A stretch of DNA of 22,139 bases from Archangiaceae bacterium (GCA_043750125.1 JAYVCD010000238.1:1-22139), one strand, 5' to 3'; shown: positions 9,085-17,006, numbered from the stretch's first letter. Notes: generated from the sequence alone by a model not told the origin. Numbers and translations: made by a program.

Positions 9085-10046
9085 AGAAATCTTTCCGTGC
9101 CCTGAGTTCCATCTGCGGCGAACCCCTCGAGGTGTTGGTAGGCCGGGTCCAGCAGCGCGTTGATCTCTTTCATCAGCGCGTCGGTGGCCGCTTGAAGCAC
9201 CGGGCGGTGGCGCGCCTCATGTTCAGGAACGAAGGGCTGAAAATCCGCGGGCAGCGCGTGGAGGTCGGGTTTGAAGAGGGCGCCGAACCGAACCGTGATG
9301 GTGCCACCCCGCAACGACAGGCCGCTGCCGCCGAAGGCCTCGCGGCAGCCGCTGATCCCCACCGGGATGATGGGCAGGCCGAGCGCCCGCGAGAGCTCGA
9401 CTGCGCCGATCCTTCCTTGGCCGAGCCGGCTGGCGGCAGTCCCTTCCGGGTAGATCTGCACGTGGGCCCCTGCCGCGACCGCCTGCCGGGTGAGCCGCAG
9501 CGTTTCCTTCATCACCGCCGCGTAGACCTGGTCGATCAAGGCGCGATAGCCGGTGGTCGTCGGATCAAAGGGGTACCCGAGCACCCGCCGCGGGGTGCGC
9601 TCCAGCCGTGCGAACGCTTCACCTGTCGGAAGCGGCGTGCCGTCGTCCAGGTGGCTGCGCAGGGCACGGTATTCGTCTTCGGTCGGCCTGCGGCCCAAGA
9701 GCCCGGTGAAGTCGACCAGCAACAGGTACCCCCGCGAGGCGAGCGGGATGACGCCCAACCGCGAGAGCAGGAACGCCATCGGAGCCCAGTGGTAGTTCTT
9801 CCCCTTGGTCAACGTCACCGTCGGGATCTGCCGCCGCGCGAGCTCGACGCGGATCGGCATGAAGTCGTATTTCTGGGTCGAGTTGGTGGCGAAGATCACT
9901 GGCGTGCTCGGAGGCACCTGCAGCCCCTCGAAGACCACCCGGGTTCCGGACCGTCGTTCCTGCCTCTGCCACGATCGAATCGCCAGCCACTGCCAGAAGG
10001 GCGCCGGCATGGGACGGTAGCGGCGAAAGAAGTCCGGGTCGAGCAT
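9081..10046 (-). CDS. Lysophospholipid/glycerolipid acyltransferase-family protein (non-canonical motif I)
   Basis: IYPEGT block III, LPIIPVGISG block IV, ITVRFG; block I reads NSTQKYD instead of NHxxxxD. Confidence 0.75.
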   Translation of the reverse strand: MLDPDFFRRYRPMPAPFWQWLAIRSWQRQERRSGTRVVFEGLQVPPSTPVIFATNSTQKYDFMPIRVELARRQIPTVTLTKGKNYHWAPMAFLLSRLGVIPLASRGYLLLVDFTGLLGRRPTEDEYRALRSHLDDGTPLPTGEAFARLERTPRRVLGYPFDPTTTGYRALIDQVYAAVMKETLRLTRQAVAAGAHVQIYPEGTAASRLGQGRIGAVELSRALGLPIIPVGISGCREAFGGSGLSLRGGTITVRFGALFKPDLHALPADFQPFVPEHEARHRPVLQAATDALMKEINALLDPAYQHLEGFAADGTQGTERFL

Positions 10047-10183
10047 CGCCGCCTTCTAACCTGCACCGTCGCCTCAGACCCATCGCCTGCACTCAACTCG
10101 GGGTGACCCCCTGGATACGGACAGTTATCGAAGGCACCTCTTCGGACACCGCATCGCAGAGGGCCCCGGACCTTGTTTGACCG

Positions 10184-10205
10184 TGCTGACTAAAATTACT
10201 TAGCA
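10184..10205. promoter_or_regulatory. AT-rich imperfect palindrome, candidate operator
   Basis: TGCTGA-CTAAAATTAC-TTAGCA about 140 nt upstream of the acyltransferase start. Confidence 0.35.
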
Positions 10206-10266
10206 GGGCATTCGAAGGAAGGCGGCGGGGGGGTAGCGCACCGCCGACCCGTCGCCCGGAAAAAAC

Positions 10267-11379
10267 TCAAGGGACGACGTTGGAGATTACGAACACGTAG
10301 TCCTGGTAGTCGCCGTTGGCAGCGTCCTCGAACCCAATCAGGAAGGCGTACGGCACTGGGCGCCCCTGTCGATCTTTGAGGGGGTAGACCCGGGTCGCAT
10401 GAATCGTGGGCCCGGTGTTCAGCGCGTCCTGGGTGTACGTATTCCGATTGAAGGTGAGGCTGCTGACGTAGATCCCAAACGCGGTGGTGCCGGGGTCGAA
10501 CGAGACGCCGCTGTCGGGAGTGAGACCGGGGTTGAGCGTCTGTTCCTGGCCGAACGCGATGGTGCCGACGAGGCTTCGCGCGCCTGCGCCGCCGTCGGCC
10601 CCGGGCAGATACCAGCCGAAGGGCAGCGTCTCGTTGGGCGAGTAGCGCGCGACCGCTCGCAGCCCCACCGGGCCCGCGTCGGCTTTGCGGAACAAAGGGT
10701 GCACCACTTCATCGCCGATGGGAGCAGCCCCTGTCCCCAGGCTCAGCCCCGTGCCGCCGACATTGATCGCGTAACCCAGAGCAGCGACGCAGAGGGCCAG
10801 CGGGGGTTCGTTGGCGCCCTGAAGCCCATTGGTCGAGAGCGCAAACAGCCCCGCATCCAGGGGGCCCAGCGAGGACGCGAAGTTCAGGCGGCCATTGACG
10901 ATGCCGACGGTGGCGCTCGACGGACTGAAGGTGACCGCGAAGTTGGCGGTCTGGCCGGGCCCCAGAGTCACCGGCAGCGCCGACGAAGACGAGACCGCAA
11001 AGGCCGCGCCCGTGACCGTGGCGGACATCAACTGCACGGCTGCATTTCCAGAGTTGGTAGCGGCGATCGCGTGGGGACCGATGGTGGTGCCCTTGACTCC
11101 GCTGAACACCAGCTCGACCGGGGACAGTGAGAGCCGGCCCGACTTGAGGCCCGCGTCGGTGCCGGCATCGATTCCGCCATCGAGCCCCGGGTCCCCACCG
11201 GCATCGGGGCCGGCGTCGAGCGGCGTCCCCGAATCGGTCGAGGCGTCCGGCTTCATCGCCGCGTCGGGCTCATCTTCGCCCCCATCGGGCGAGCCGATTC
11301 CCACCGCCCCCGAGCAGGCCGCCGAAAGAACCGCGACGGCCAAACACGATGCAGAAAAACGCCAGCGCCCAGAAGTCAT
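10267..11379 (-). CDS. Surface lipoprotein: DAG-rich linker, ASH/choice-of-anchor-D Ig-like domain, DUF4114-like C-terminus
   Basis: Lipobox SAAC; PDAG/DGG repeats; TNSGNAAVQL...LPVTLGPGQTANFAVTFSP; C-terminal GFEDAANGDYQDYVFVISNV; alternative GTG start at 11391. Confidence 0.7.
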   Translation of the reverse strand: MTSGRWRFSASCLAVAVLSAACSGAVGIGSPDGGEDEPDAAMKPDASTDSGTPLDAGPDAGGDPGLDGGIDAGTDAGLKSGRLSLSPVELVFSGVKGTTIGPHAIAATNSGNAAVQLMSATVTGAAFAVSSSSALPVTLGPGQTANFAVTFSPSSATVGIVNGRLNFASSLGPLDAGLFALSTNGLQGANEPPLALCVAALGYAINVGGTGLSLGTGAAPIGDEVVHPLFRKADAGPVGLRAVARYSPNETLPFGWYLPGADGGAGARSLVGTIAFGQEQTLNPGLTPDSGVSFDPGTTAFGIYVSSLTFNRNTYTQDALNTGPTIHATRVYPLKDRQGRPVPYAFLIGFEDAANGDYQDYVFVISNVVP

Positions 11380-11392
11380 CACCCGGTGCACC

Positions 11393-11895
11393 CTACCCTT
11401 TCAGCGCGTCGATGAACCCTTTGGGCAGCGCGGGATCACCGAAGTCGTCGAGCGGATCTCCCCGACCGTTGGTGCACCCCATCGCGGCGCCGATGGTGTT
11501 GAGCACCTTGTTGTTCTTCGTGCCGTGCGCGTCGCACGTAGAGCCCGGTCTTCGAGGCGCCTCCGGCATTGCCGGCGAGAAATCTTGTGGAAGGGTTTCT
11601 GCCGCACTCCATCGATCCAATACTCGGTCACGTCGTTTCCACAGCCCAGCTGCAGAGTGGCGGCCTTCCGCGCCCCACACGCAATCGCCAGGGTCATCAG
11701 GTCCATGTGCCGCTTCACCACGGTCTCGATCGTGTCGTCGTTCTCGAGGTGGTTGGCCAGTGCGCGAAGGTCAGCGACGGACCCATCGGGCAGCGAGCAG
11801 ATCGAGCCGAATGCGATCTGCCTTCGACAGGTCCCTGCGGCTGAGCAAAGTGCGCAATTCGGACCGCACCAAATCGTTCACGCTGCGGCGCTGAG
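11393..11895 (-). pseudogene. DUF1552-family gene remnant (multiple internal deletions/frameshifts)
   Basis: Ordered fragments in different frames: RRSVNDLVRSELRTLLSRRDLSKADRIRLDL / MDLMTLAIACGARKAATLQLG...FHKIS / GNAGGASKTGLYV / NNKVLNTIGAAMG...FGDPALPKG-stop. Confidence 0.75.
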
Positions 11896-12410
11896 CAGCT
11901 CGCGCACCCCTCCTCCGCGCGCCTGTGGCCGTCTCGTCGCTGAGCTCGGCGCGGTAAAGGAAAAAAGGAGACTGCAGGAAGCCGGCGATGCTCACCCGCA
12001 CCCCGGCCACGAAAGGGTCCAGCGCGGGGTAGATCGCCGTTCCCCGCTGGAACAGCGCCCGTCGCGCGGTCACTTCCTCGGGCGTGAGCGGACGGCGAAA
12101 AGCCTTTCCACCCAGAGTCTCGAGGAAGGCTTTTTCCCTCGCCCCGGGCGCCCCCGAGGGGTCGGAGGGAACGAAGCGCTCGAGCCGGGCTGGGTCCGAG
12201 GTCAGCTGCTCGGCGAGTGCTTCAGAGGCGCGCTGGTAGTCGCCCCACAGCATCGGGCTGACCGAGAGCACCGATTGACCGTTGTCGAAGACTTTTCCCC
12301 CAAGGGGATCACGGGCAAACGCGTCCGAGAGGACGGTGCCGCCATCGAGCTCGAAGAGATCTGCGACCGTCAGCGCCCACTGCGCGTGACTGAGCCGGGG
12401 AAAGCGATCA
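11896..12410 (-). pseudogene. DUF1587/DUF1595/DUF1592-family gene remnant
   Basis: Open frame RFPRLSHAQWALTVADLF...GGKVFDN...LGGKAFRRPLTPEE...FLQSPFFLYRAE; no ATG/GTG/TTG start or signal peptide before the first domain; C-terminal DUF1592/1588/1585 parts absent. Confidence 0.75.
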
Positions 12411-12411
12411 A

Positions 12412-12460
12412 CCCCTTCGGGCTCGCCCAGAGGAACGCGGCCACCGGCAGACCGAAGGGG
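12412..12460. terminator. Inverted repeat downstream of the radical SAM operon (possible terminator/stabilising hairpin)
   Basis: CCCCTTCGG (12412-20) ... CCGAAGGGG (12452-60), 31-nt spacer, about 37 nt after the stop at 12497; no clear U-tract. Confidence 0.3.
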
Positions 12461-12496
12461 CTTATGGGAAGCCCTCCGGTTTCGCCCCGACCGAGC

Positions 12497-14002
12497 TCAC
12501 GGAATCGTGAAGTTCGAGACCGGAAGGTTGGTCGTCGAGTCGTACTGCACGACGTGCCAGCCACCGGCGGCGAGCTGTTGAATGGTGACGAACCCGTAAG
12601 GCGTGCTGCCCGAGATCGGCGCTCCGCCCATGCCGATCACCAGCTCGTTGCCGCGGTGGGCGAAGAGGTGGGTGTGACCGACCAGCAACAGGTTGTAGGG
12701 CGAGGCGGCGATCATCGGGTCCATCTCAGCGGTGCACGGCGCGGCGGTGCCAATCGCTTCGTGACGGACGATGATTTTGAACTGCGCCGCTGCGTTCAGC
12801 TCGTTTTGCAGCCACGCCTTCTGAGTCGCGTCCCACGCGTTGCAGGCCACGAGGATGAACCTGGCCAGACCGGTCGAAGTCTGAATCGGCACCGAGTAGT
12901 ACGGCAGCGTCTTCCCCAGCGGCTTCACCAACGCATTGATGAACGCGTCGTAGGTCGGGCGGATGAAGGTGCCGACGCAGTTGCTCAGGGTGGGCGAGAG
13001 GCACTCGTGGTTTCCCATCGAGGCGAACATCACCCCGGGGAACTGTGCGCGAGCGGTGAGGTAGAAGCCGAGCTCGATCGCCGCATCGCCGCTGATCGGG
13101 TTCGAGTATTGGTAATCGCCGGTGCCGACGATGAACTGCGGTCGGGGGTTGAGCGCGGTCAAGTCGGCAAAAATCTTGGTGATGATCGCGGTCGGGTAGT
13201 TGGCCGGAGCGTTGATCGGGCTTGCGGGCCGGGTGTCTCCGACGACCGCGAAGTAGAGAAGATTGACCGAGCCACCGTCAGCGCGCACGAAGCCGCCATC
13301 GACCGGTGCGCCGGCATCTTTGGGCCCCGCGTCCTGGGTTCCGGCATCCGTCGTTCCGGCGTCCGTCGTTCCGGCATCGAGGACTGTGCAGGAAGTGGGA
13401 GGCGTTTTGCAGCTGCACGCCGCGAGATTGGCCTCATCGCACCACCAACCGCCGAAGCAGCCGTTGGTCTGACACGCACTCGAGCCGGGCACGCAGGCGT
13501 GGCAGCACGAGGCGGCCGCTGGGGGCGTCTTCGCACCGCACGGGCCACCGTCGGAAGGCAACTCGCCCGCGTCGGGCGGCTCTTCACAGATGCCCAGCGC
13601 CAGGTTGCAGGTGGTGCCGGTGGTGCAGACGCCACAGCCTCCACCCGCGGTGCAACTGCCGGTGAGCGGCAGACAGACCTTCACTTCGATTCCGGCGAAG
13701 TCGCTGGCAGGGACGCAGCCTTCGGTGCTCGCGCAGTCCGAGGCGACCTGGCAGTTCTTGGCGCAGAAGCTGTCGCCGCTGTACTGGGTGCAGGAGCCAT
13801 TCAAGTCGCACTCTGCGCTGCTCACGCACGGACGGCAGCTCAGGGGGCCCGCGTCGCCGCTCTGGCCCCCACCGGATCCACCAGCCGCGCCGCCGCCTGC
13901 GCCTGCGCCGCCCGCGGATCCACCGCCGCTACCGCCGGGGGGATTATTCGGACAACCGCAGAGCAACGCGACCACTGCCAATCCAAACACTCGACGAATC
14001 AC
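12497..14002 (-). CDS. Cys-rich lipoprotein with C-terminal calcineurin-like metallophosphoesterase domain
   Basis: GTG 14002 overlapping radical SAM stop (GTGA) with GGAG RBS; lipobox LCGC; Cys-rich N-half; motifs VGDTR, GTGDY, MGNHE, VRHE, VGHTH. Confidence 0.85.
   Translation of the reverse strand: MIRRVFGLAVVALLCGCPNNPPGGSGGGSAGGAGAGGGAAGGSGGGQSGDAGPLSCRPCVSSAECDLNGSCTQYSGDSFCAKNCQVASDCASTEGCVPASDFAGIEVKVCLPLTGSCTAGGGCGVCTTGTTCNLALGICEEPPDAGELPSDGGPCGAKTPPAAASCCHACVPGSSACQTNGCFGGWWCDEANLAACSCKTPPTSCTVLDAGTTDAGTTDAGTQDAGPKDAGAPVDGGFVRADGGSVNLLYFAVVGDTRPASPINAPANYPTAIITKIFADLTALNPRPQFIVGTGDYQYSNPISGDAAIELGFYLTARAQFPGVMFASMGNHECLSPTLSNCVGTFIRPTYDAFINALVKPLGKTLPYYSVPIQTSTGLARFILVACNAWDATQKAWLQNELNAAAQFKIIVRHEAIGTAAPCTAEMDPMIAASPYNLLLVGHTHLFAHRGNELVIGMGGAPISGSTPYGFVTIQQLAAGGWHVVQYDSTTNLPVSNFTIP
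13311..13378 (-). repeat. 15-bp coding tandem repeat (DAGxx x ~4.5)
   Basis: ccggcatccgtcgtt-like units encoding DAGTTDAGTTDAGTQDAGPKDAG. Confidence 0.8.
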
Positions 14003-15150
14003 TGGAAACTCCGTTGTTCGGTCCAACGGGCTACCCGTGGACACCCTGGATCAGGGTGCACCTCACCATCATCAGGGCCGGCCGCGCGACACCCCCCCTT
14101 ACAGAGTGAAACGTAAGAGCATCGATCGCAGGGCTGGGGGGGGTTGGCTGCGAAGTCCCGAAAAGGGGCAAACCCGCTCAAGAAGGCCTTTCCCAGAGCA
14201 GGGCCGTCGTGCACGGACGCCTCGGGCTCGCCATAAAAGCCGCACCCGGTGACCGCGCCGTCGGGGCGAATGGCGATCACCTGCTCGCCTCCGACGCAGC
14301 CCACCACCCCGAAAAACTCGGCCAACTTCAAGGAAGGCCGATGCCAGAAGACCATCGGGGCAAACGAGCAATCGAGCCGAACGCGAATCCGATGGCGCAG
14401 GGAAAGCCACACCACCCGGGGCCAGAGCGCCTCGGCCTGCGCGCGCGACAGAACGCTTTCGGGATGGACGGCCGCGCGGCCCACCGGCTTGAGCCGAAGC
14501 AGCTGCACCTGGTTGAGCTCGAGCCGCTTGGCGAGCGCGAGGGTCGGCCCCACCTGCGAAAAATTTTCTCGGGTGACGACGCAGTTGAGCCCGACGTGGG
14601 GAAGCTGGGAGCGCAGCAGCTGCAGCGCGGCGATCGCCTGGTTCCCTCCATCGAAGCCGCGGACCCGGGCATAGGCTGCGGGCGGACCATCGAGGCTGAC
14701 GTTGACCTGGCTGAAGACCTTGCACTTGCGGGCCTGGTCCGCGGTCAGCGACAGACCGGCGGTGGTGAGGCTCGGGGTCACCTTGCGCCAGCGGGCGTGG
14801 GCCGCCAGCTCGAAGATCCACTCGAGGTCCAGCGGCTCTCCGCCTCCGAAGGCAACCCGAAAGACGCCCTTCTGGGCCAGGCGGTCGATCGCGCTCTTCG
14901 CTGCGGCCAGTTCCATCACTTCGCCCCGGGGGGTCGCCCCGACGTAGCAAGTCGAGCAGCCGGCGCCACACCGTCGCGACAGCTGCAGCTGGGCCTCGAT
15001 GGGGGCGGACAAGCGCTGCGGCTCGCCGGTCGACCAGCGGGCGCTTTGTGTGACGCCCAGCAATCGGGCCAGGGGCTGATTGACGGCCACCACCGCGGCG
15101 GGCCGGTCGAGCTCGACGAGGGCGCCAAACCACTCGGGGCGGATCTTCAC
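13999..15150 (-). CDS. Radical SAM/SPASM-domain protein (MftC/PqqE-like) with short RRE-like N-terminus
   Basis: GTG 15150 overlapping upstream stop (GTGA); CGAGCSTC (C61/65/68); FGGGEP; VSLDG; SPASM GC..IRPDG.V..C and CDRC-x5-CKGGC...DPGC. Confidence 0.9.
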   Translation of the reverse strand: MKIRPEWFGALVELDRPAAVVAVNQPLARLLGVTQSARWSTGEPQRLSAPIEAQLQLSRRCGAGCSTCYVGATPRGEVMELAAAKSAIDRLAQKGVFRVAFGGGEPLDLEWIFELAAHARWRKVTPSLTTAGLSLTADQARKCKVFSQVNVSLDGPPAAYARVRGFDGGNQAIAALQLLRSQLPHVGLNCVVTRENFSQVGPTLALAKRLELNQVQLLRLKPVGRAAVHPESVLSRAQAEALWPRVVWLSLRHRIRVRLDCSFAPMVFWHRPSLKLAEFFGVVGCVGGEQVIAIRPDGAVTGCGFYGEPEASVHDGPALGKAFLSGFAPFRDFAANPPQPCDRCSYVSLCKGGCRAAGPDDGEVHPDPGCPRVARWTEQRSFQ

Positions 15151-15350
15151 TTCTTGTCTTCCGGGCGCGGGGGCGGCTCTTCGCCCACCCGGTCTGGCTT
15201 CTTCCCGCGCAGCAACGCCGAAATCGCCAACGAGGCGATCACCAGGCCGCCGCCGCCCAGCAGCAGCCAGGTCACTTCGACCCCCAGCCCTCCCGAGGCG
15301 CTGCCCACGCCCGAGCGCACCGACAACACTTTGGGATTCTGCTTTTTCAT
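15147..15350 (-). CDS. 67-aa single-TM peptide, candidate radical SAM substrate/precursor
   Basis: ATG 15350 (ATGA overlap, GAGGGG RBS); MKKQNPKVLSVRSGVGSASGGLGVEVTWLLLGGGGLVIASLAISALLRGKKPDRVGEEPPPRPEDKK; stop overlaps radical SAM start. Confidence 0.7.
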   Translation of the reverse strand: MKKQNPKVLSVRSGVGSASGGLGVEVTWLLLGGGGLVIASLAISALLRGKKPDRVGEEPPPRPEDKK

Positions 15351-16132
15351 TCGAACCCCTCGAGCAGCGATTGCCACAGCGGCCGCCACAGCCCCGAGCC
15401 CGCCAGCACCACGTCGAGCCACAGCAGTCCCTGCAACCCACTCTTGAACGCCTCGAGCACCCGCGCCTTTCCCTGGGGGGGATGCGCGCGCAGGTAGGCT
15501 CCGTTGAGCCAGGCGAGGACGAGCGCTCCGAGCACCAGCGCGGACAGGGCGCGGCCCGCGTCGGGGCCCTGGGTGAAGGCCATCGCGCCAAGCAGCAGCA
15601 GCAACGGAGCGAGCACGAGAACTTCGGCCGGCACCGGAACCAGCGCCCGTCGAACAGTGAACAGCCGAGCGGCGAGCCAGAGCCCGAGCAGGCAGCCGAT
15701 CGCGACGGCCTGCCACCAGACTTGCTGGGCGACCTTCACTTCGATCAGCGCCTGGGTGCCGGTGAACTGCCACAGCTCGTTCGGCGAGCGGACCAGGCGA
15801 CCAAAATCTTCAGCCGCAGCCTGGAAGTGACGAAGCTCGAACTCGATTGCCGCCAGCGTCGACAGCGCCTGCATCGCGGCTTCATCGTGGCCTTCGTCCG
15901 AAATCACCGCCTCGAGGACGGGGCGCGCGTCGCCCGGCTGCCCGTCGGAATACAACAGGCGCGCGCACCACACCCGCCCGGTGCGCGCCTGCGGATCGTC
16001 TTTGTGGGCCGCGGCCCAGGCCAACATCGAGGCGCAGGACTCGAGGTGATTGTGAGTGTTGACCCCCGCGACGATTGCCTCGAAATCGGGAGGCGACGCG
16101 AGGGCCACCAGCAGCAGAAGGCTAGCGACCAT
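15347..16132 (-). CDS. Signal peptide + TPR-like helical domain + C-terminal multi-TM protein
   Basis: MVASLLLLVALA signal; TPR-like ARLLYSDGQPGDARPVLE and ALSTLAAIEFELRHFQAAAEDFGRL; about 4 hydrophobic segments after. Confidence 0.65.
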   Translation of the reverse strand: MVASLLLLVALASPPDFEAIVAGVNTHNHLESCASMLAWAAAHKDDPQARTGRVWCARLLYSDGQPGDARPVLEAVISDEGHDEAAMQALSTLAAIEFELRHFQAAAEDFGRLVRSPNELWQFTGTQALIEVKVAQQVWWQAVAIGCLLGLWLAARLFTVRRALVPVPAEVLVLAPLLLLLGAMAFTQGPDAGRALSALVLGALVLAWLNGAYLRAHPPQGKARVLEAFKSGLQGLLWLDVVLAGSGLWRPLWQSLLEGFE

Positions 16133-16499
16133 CGACGATTTCGGGAGCAATCGTGAGGACTGGAATCCGACCCCACAAAGCGAAAGCGTAGTAGCCGACG
16201 ACGAAGCACAGCAGCAGCACGCACCAGCCCACCGAAAGCCAGACTTGAGAATCGGGCACGTCGCGCTTGCGGACGACGCGGGAGGCCAGCCCGCCCACCC
16301 CCAGGCCCACCGCCGCAGCGAAGATCAGCTGTCCGAACATGCACATCGCCAGTCCCGGCGGGTGCGCGGTGAAGACGAAGCGACGCTCGATCGGCAGGTA
16401 CCAAACCACCGGTATCGCGAACGCGCTGCTGCTGAGCCACGCGATCCAGAACGCGACCACCCCGACGGCCCAGGAAAACGCTGCGCGGGTCTCGGTCAA
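16122..16499 (-). CDS. Small 3-TM hypothetical membrane protein
   Basis: TTG 16499 overlapping upstream stop (TTGA); three hydrophobic segments; WYLP...F.F...PPGLAM..FG loop. Confidence 0.65.
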   Translation of the reverse strand: MTETRAAFSWAVGVVAFWIAWLSSSAFAIPVVWYLPIERRFVFTAHPPGLAMCMFGQLIFAAAVGLGVGGLASRVVRKRDVPDSQVWLSVGWCVLLLCFVVGYYAFALWGRIPVLTIAPEIVDGR

Positions 16500-16942
16500 A
16501 CGCCCCGCACGCTGGTGATGATCAACCCCGAGACGGCCGCCCACGCCACGATCGCCCAGAGCAAAGCGGCGAAGAGATCCGTCACCGGACGGGCCTTCGG
16601 GCCTCGCCGCGCCAGAAAGAAGAGGGCAATCGCCATCGGCAGGCCCAGCGAGACCAGGTGCTCTTTGAAGTCGAACAGGTTCGAGGCCCACGGTTGAACG
16701 GAGTCCAGGTACCGCGCCCGCACTTCGACGCGAAAGTGGGGATACATCAACAGCCCGAGGATGAACGCCCCACCGAACAAGGGAGCCAGCAGTCTCATGT
16801 ACGTCTGCTCCAGCCTCTCGCGCGGCCGACCGCGCCAGCGCATCGCCTTGACCACCAGCAGGTGGGTCGTCACTCCGAGCAGGGCCATCGCGGTCAGCGC
16901 ATGCAACACCAGCAGTGGCTTGGCGGCCTGCGCGAAGATCAT
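16496..16942 (-). CDS. 4-TM membrane protein with His residues (H14, H27, H69, H95)
   Basis: ATG 16942; LHALTAMALLGVTTH, YPHFRVEVR, LFDFKEH motifs; four hydrophobic segments. Confidence 0.7.
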   Translation of the reverse strand: MIFAQAAKPLLVLHALTAMALLGVTTHLLVVKAMRWRGRPRERLEQTYMRLLAPLFGGAFILGLLMYPHFRVEVRARYLDSVQPWASNLFDFKEHLVSLGLPMAIALFFLARRGPKARPVTDLFAALLWAIVAWAAVSGLIITSVRGV

Positions 16943-17006
16943 CGGTTCCAAGGCGGCGGAAGCTACACCCGCGGGCGGGCGGAAGGCTGCAGTCAGGTTC
17001 TCTTCT

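Noticed and set aside
10221-10265. Rho-independent terminator for the 10267-11379 gene
   Set aside because: On the minus strand the T-run precedes rather than follows the hairpin
13311-13378. Short repeats as a CRISPR array
   Set aside because: In-frame 15-bp coding repeats with no spacers and no cas genes
10829-14116. 1095-aa plus-strand ORF
   Set aside because: Antisense shadow of motif-bearing minus-strand genes; no recognisable domain; long stop-free antisense frames are common at high GC
13999-15591. 530-aa version of the radical SAM ORF and 208-aa version of the peptide ORF
   Set aside because: The N-terminal extensions overlap other coupled genes and read as off-frame Arg/Cys-rich text; starts at 15150 and 15350 give clean 4-nt overlaps
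13999-16942. Mycofactocin or PQQ biosynthesis cluster
   Set aside because: No MftA-like IDGMCGVY or PqqA-like ExxxY peptide seen, and no mftDEF or pqqBC genes
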